Assembly: GCA_964403125.1 (NCBI GenBank)
Contig: CAYOEO010000001.1
Location: forward strand, 1,384-65,383
Direction: 5' to 3'
Length of the DNA: 64,000 nucleotides
Source of the DNA: an uncultured Pseudomonadales bacterium
GTDB lineage: Bacteria; Pseudomonadota; Gammaproteobacteria; Pseudomonadales; UBA7239
The translations under genes and the position numbers were made by a program. Below the pieces are notes generated by a model, which made no database searches, was not told the DNA's origin, and saw only the letters and a program-made list of their open reading frames with translations. Positions 63,577 through 64,000 of this stretch are shown one piece after another; position 1 is the first letter of the stretch, and the number at the start of each line of letters is the position of its first letter.

Positions 63577-64000
63577 ATGCAGAACACAATCCTCTTGGTT
63601 GAAGACAATGCCGACGATGAAATCCTTGCACTGCGCGCACTGCGCAGTTGTGAGCACGTGAGTGAAGTTATTGTGGTTCGTGACGGCTCCGAGGCTTTGG
63701 ATTACCTGTTTGCTGGTGGTCAGTACAGCGAGCGCGACACACGCGAGCAACCCAGCCTCGTTTTGCTGGATATGAAATTGCCCAAACTCAACGGTTTAGA
63801 TGTACTGCGCCGCGTGCGGCAAGATCCGCGCACGCGCTATCACCCCGTTGTGTTGATGACTTCTTCGCGCCAAGAAACTGACATCATTGCCGGCTACAGC
63901 TTGGGCGCCAACAGCTATGTGCAAAAGCCCGTAAATTTTGACGAGTTTGCCGAAGTGATTCACGACTTAGCTAAATATTGGATACAAATTAATAGAACGC
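63577..64000 (+). CDS. CheY-like response regulator receiver domain, partial (runs off window end)
   Basis: Hand translation gives MQNTILLVEDNADDEILALRAL...SLVLLDMKLPKLNGLDVLRRVR...VVLMTSS...GANSYVQKP, with the acidic pocket, phospho-accepting D and conserved T/K. No stop in window, so it is absent from the track. Confidence 0.8.
   Translation, partial: MQNTILLVEDNADDEILALRALRSCEHVSEVIVVRDGSEALDYLFAGGQYSERDTREQPSLVLLDMKLPKLNGLDVLRRVRQDPRTRYHPVVLMTSSRQETDIIAGYSLGANSYVQKPVNFDEFAEVIHDLAKYWIQINRT

Noticed and set aside
1-64000. tRNA, rRNA, riboswitch or small-RNA genes in the intergenic regions of about 100 bp or longer (2179-2391, 22650-22869, 42375-42580, 43919-44056, 47153-47313, 56185-56423, 63469-63576)
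   Set aside because: By eye I found no cloverleaf-compatible stems, rRNA-like stretches or familiar riboswitch cores. A covariance-model scan (tRNAscan-SE or Infernal/Rfam) would be needed to exclude them properly.

Overview
64-kb chromosomal window from a Gram-negative bacterium. Gene order and protein similarity suggest a gammaproteobacterium with Pseudomonas/Cellvibrio-like organisation; this is inference, since no rRNA is present. I support about 60 protein-coding genes. By eye I found no rRNA, tRNA, CRISPR array, transposase or integrase. Layout: (1) 1-2.2 kb: a low-GC partial lipoprotein gene and an acyl-CoA carboxyltransferase. (2) 2.4-17.1 kb: a translationally coupled Tad/Flp (type IVc) pilus locus with flp, tadG-like, two tadE-like genes, cpaB, cpaC, cpaF, tadB, tadC, DUF192 and a TPR lipoprotein. 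It has no prepilin peptidase (tadV/cpaA) and no tadZ/cpaE, and its CpaF carries an N-terminal FHA domain. One D/G/N/V-rich repeat of roughly 11-21 aa (about 15 on average) is fused both to a 274-aa Flp-leader protein and, as a 308-aa block (about 19 units), to the C-terminus of CpaB. I rate this the most novel feature. (3) 17-24 kb: murI, bcp, an orphan yajC, a PhyH dioxygenase, an acyl-CoA ligase, a DAHP synthase and a DUF1329 protein. (4) 24.3-28.3 kb: a three-gene WbpK/WbpL/WbpM-like module for making and transferring the first sugar of a polysaccharide repeat unit. (5) An octaheme cytochrome c-TPR lipoprotein and kup. (6) The conserved yceD-rpmF-plsX-fabD-fabG ... acpP-fabF-pabC-mltG-tmk-holB cluster, split between fabG and acpP by about 20 kb. 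The intervening block holds ppnP, slyD, a DUF748 giant protein, divergent glcB/aceA, sodB, a citE-like gene, msrA, a PhyH + SDR + FAD-oxidoreductase + GtrA + acyl-CoA ligase + HAD cluster, and a livKHMG transporter without livF. (7) A B12-binding radical SAM gene directly after holB and a partial response regulator. All calls rest on the supplied ORF translations, motifs I recognise and hand translation. No database search was run.
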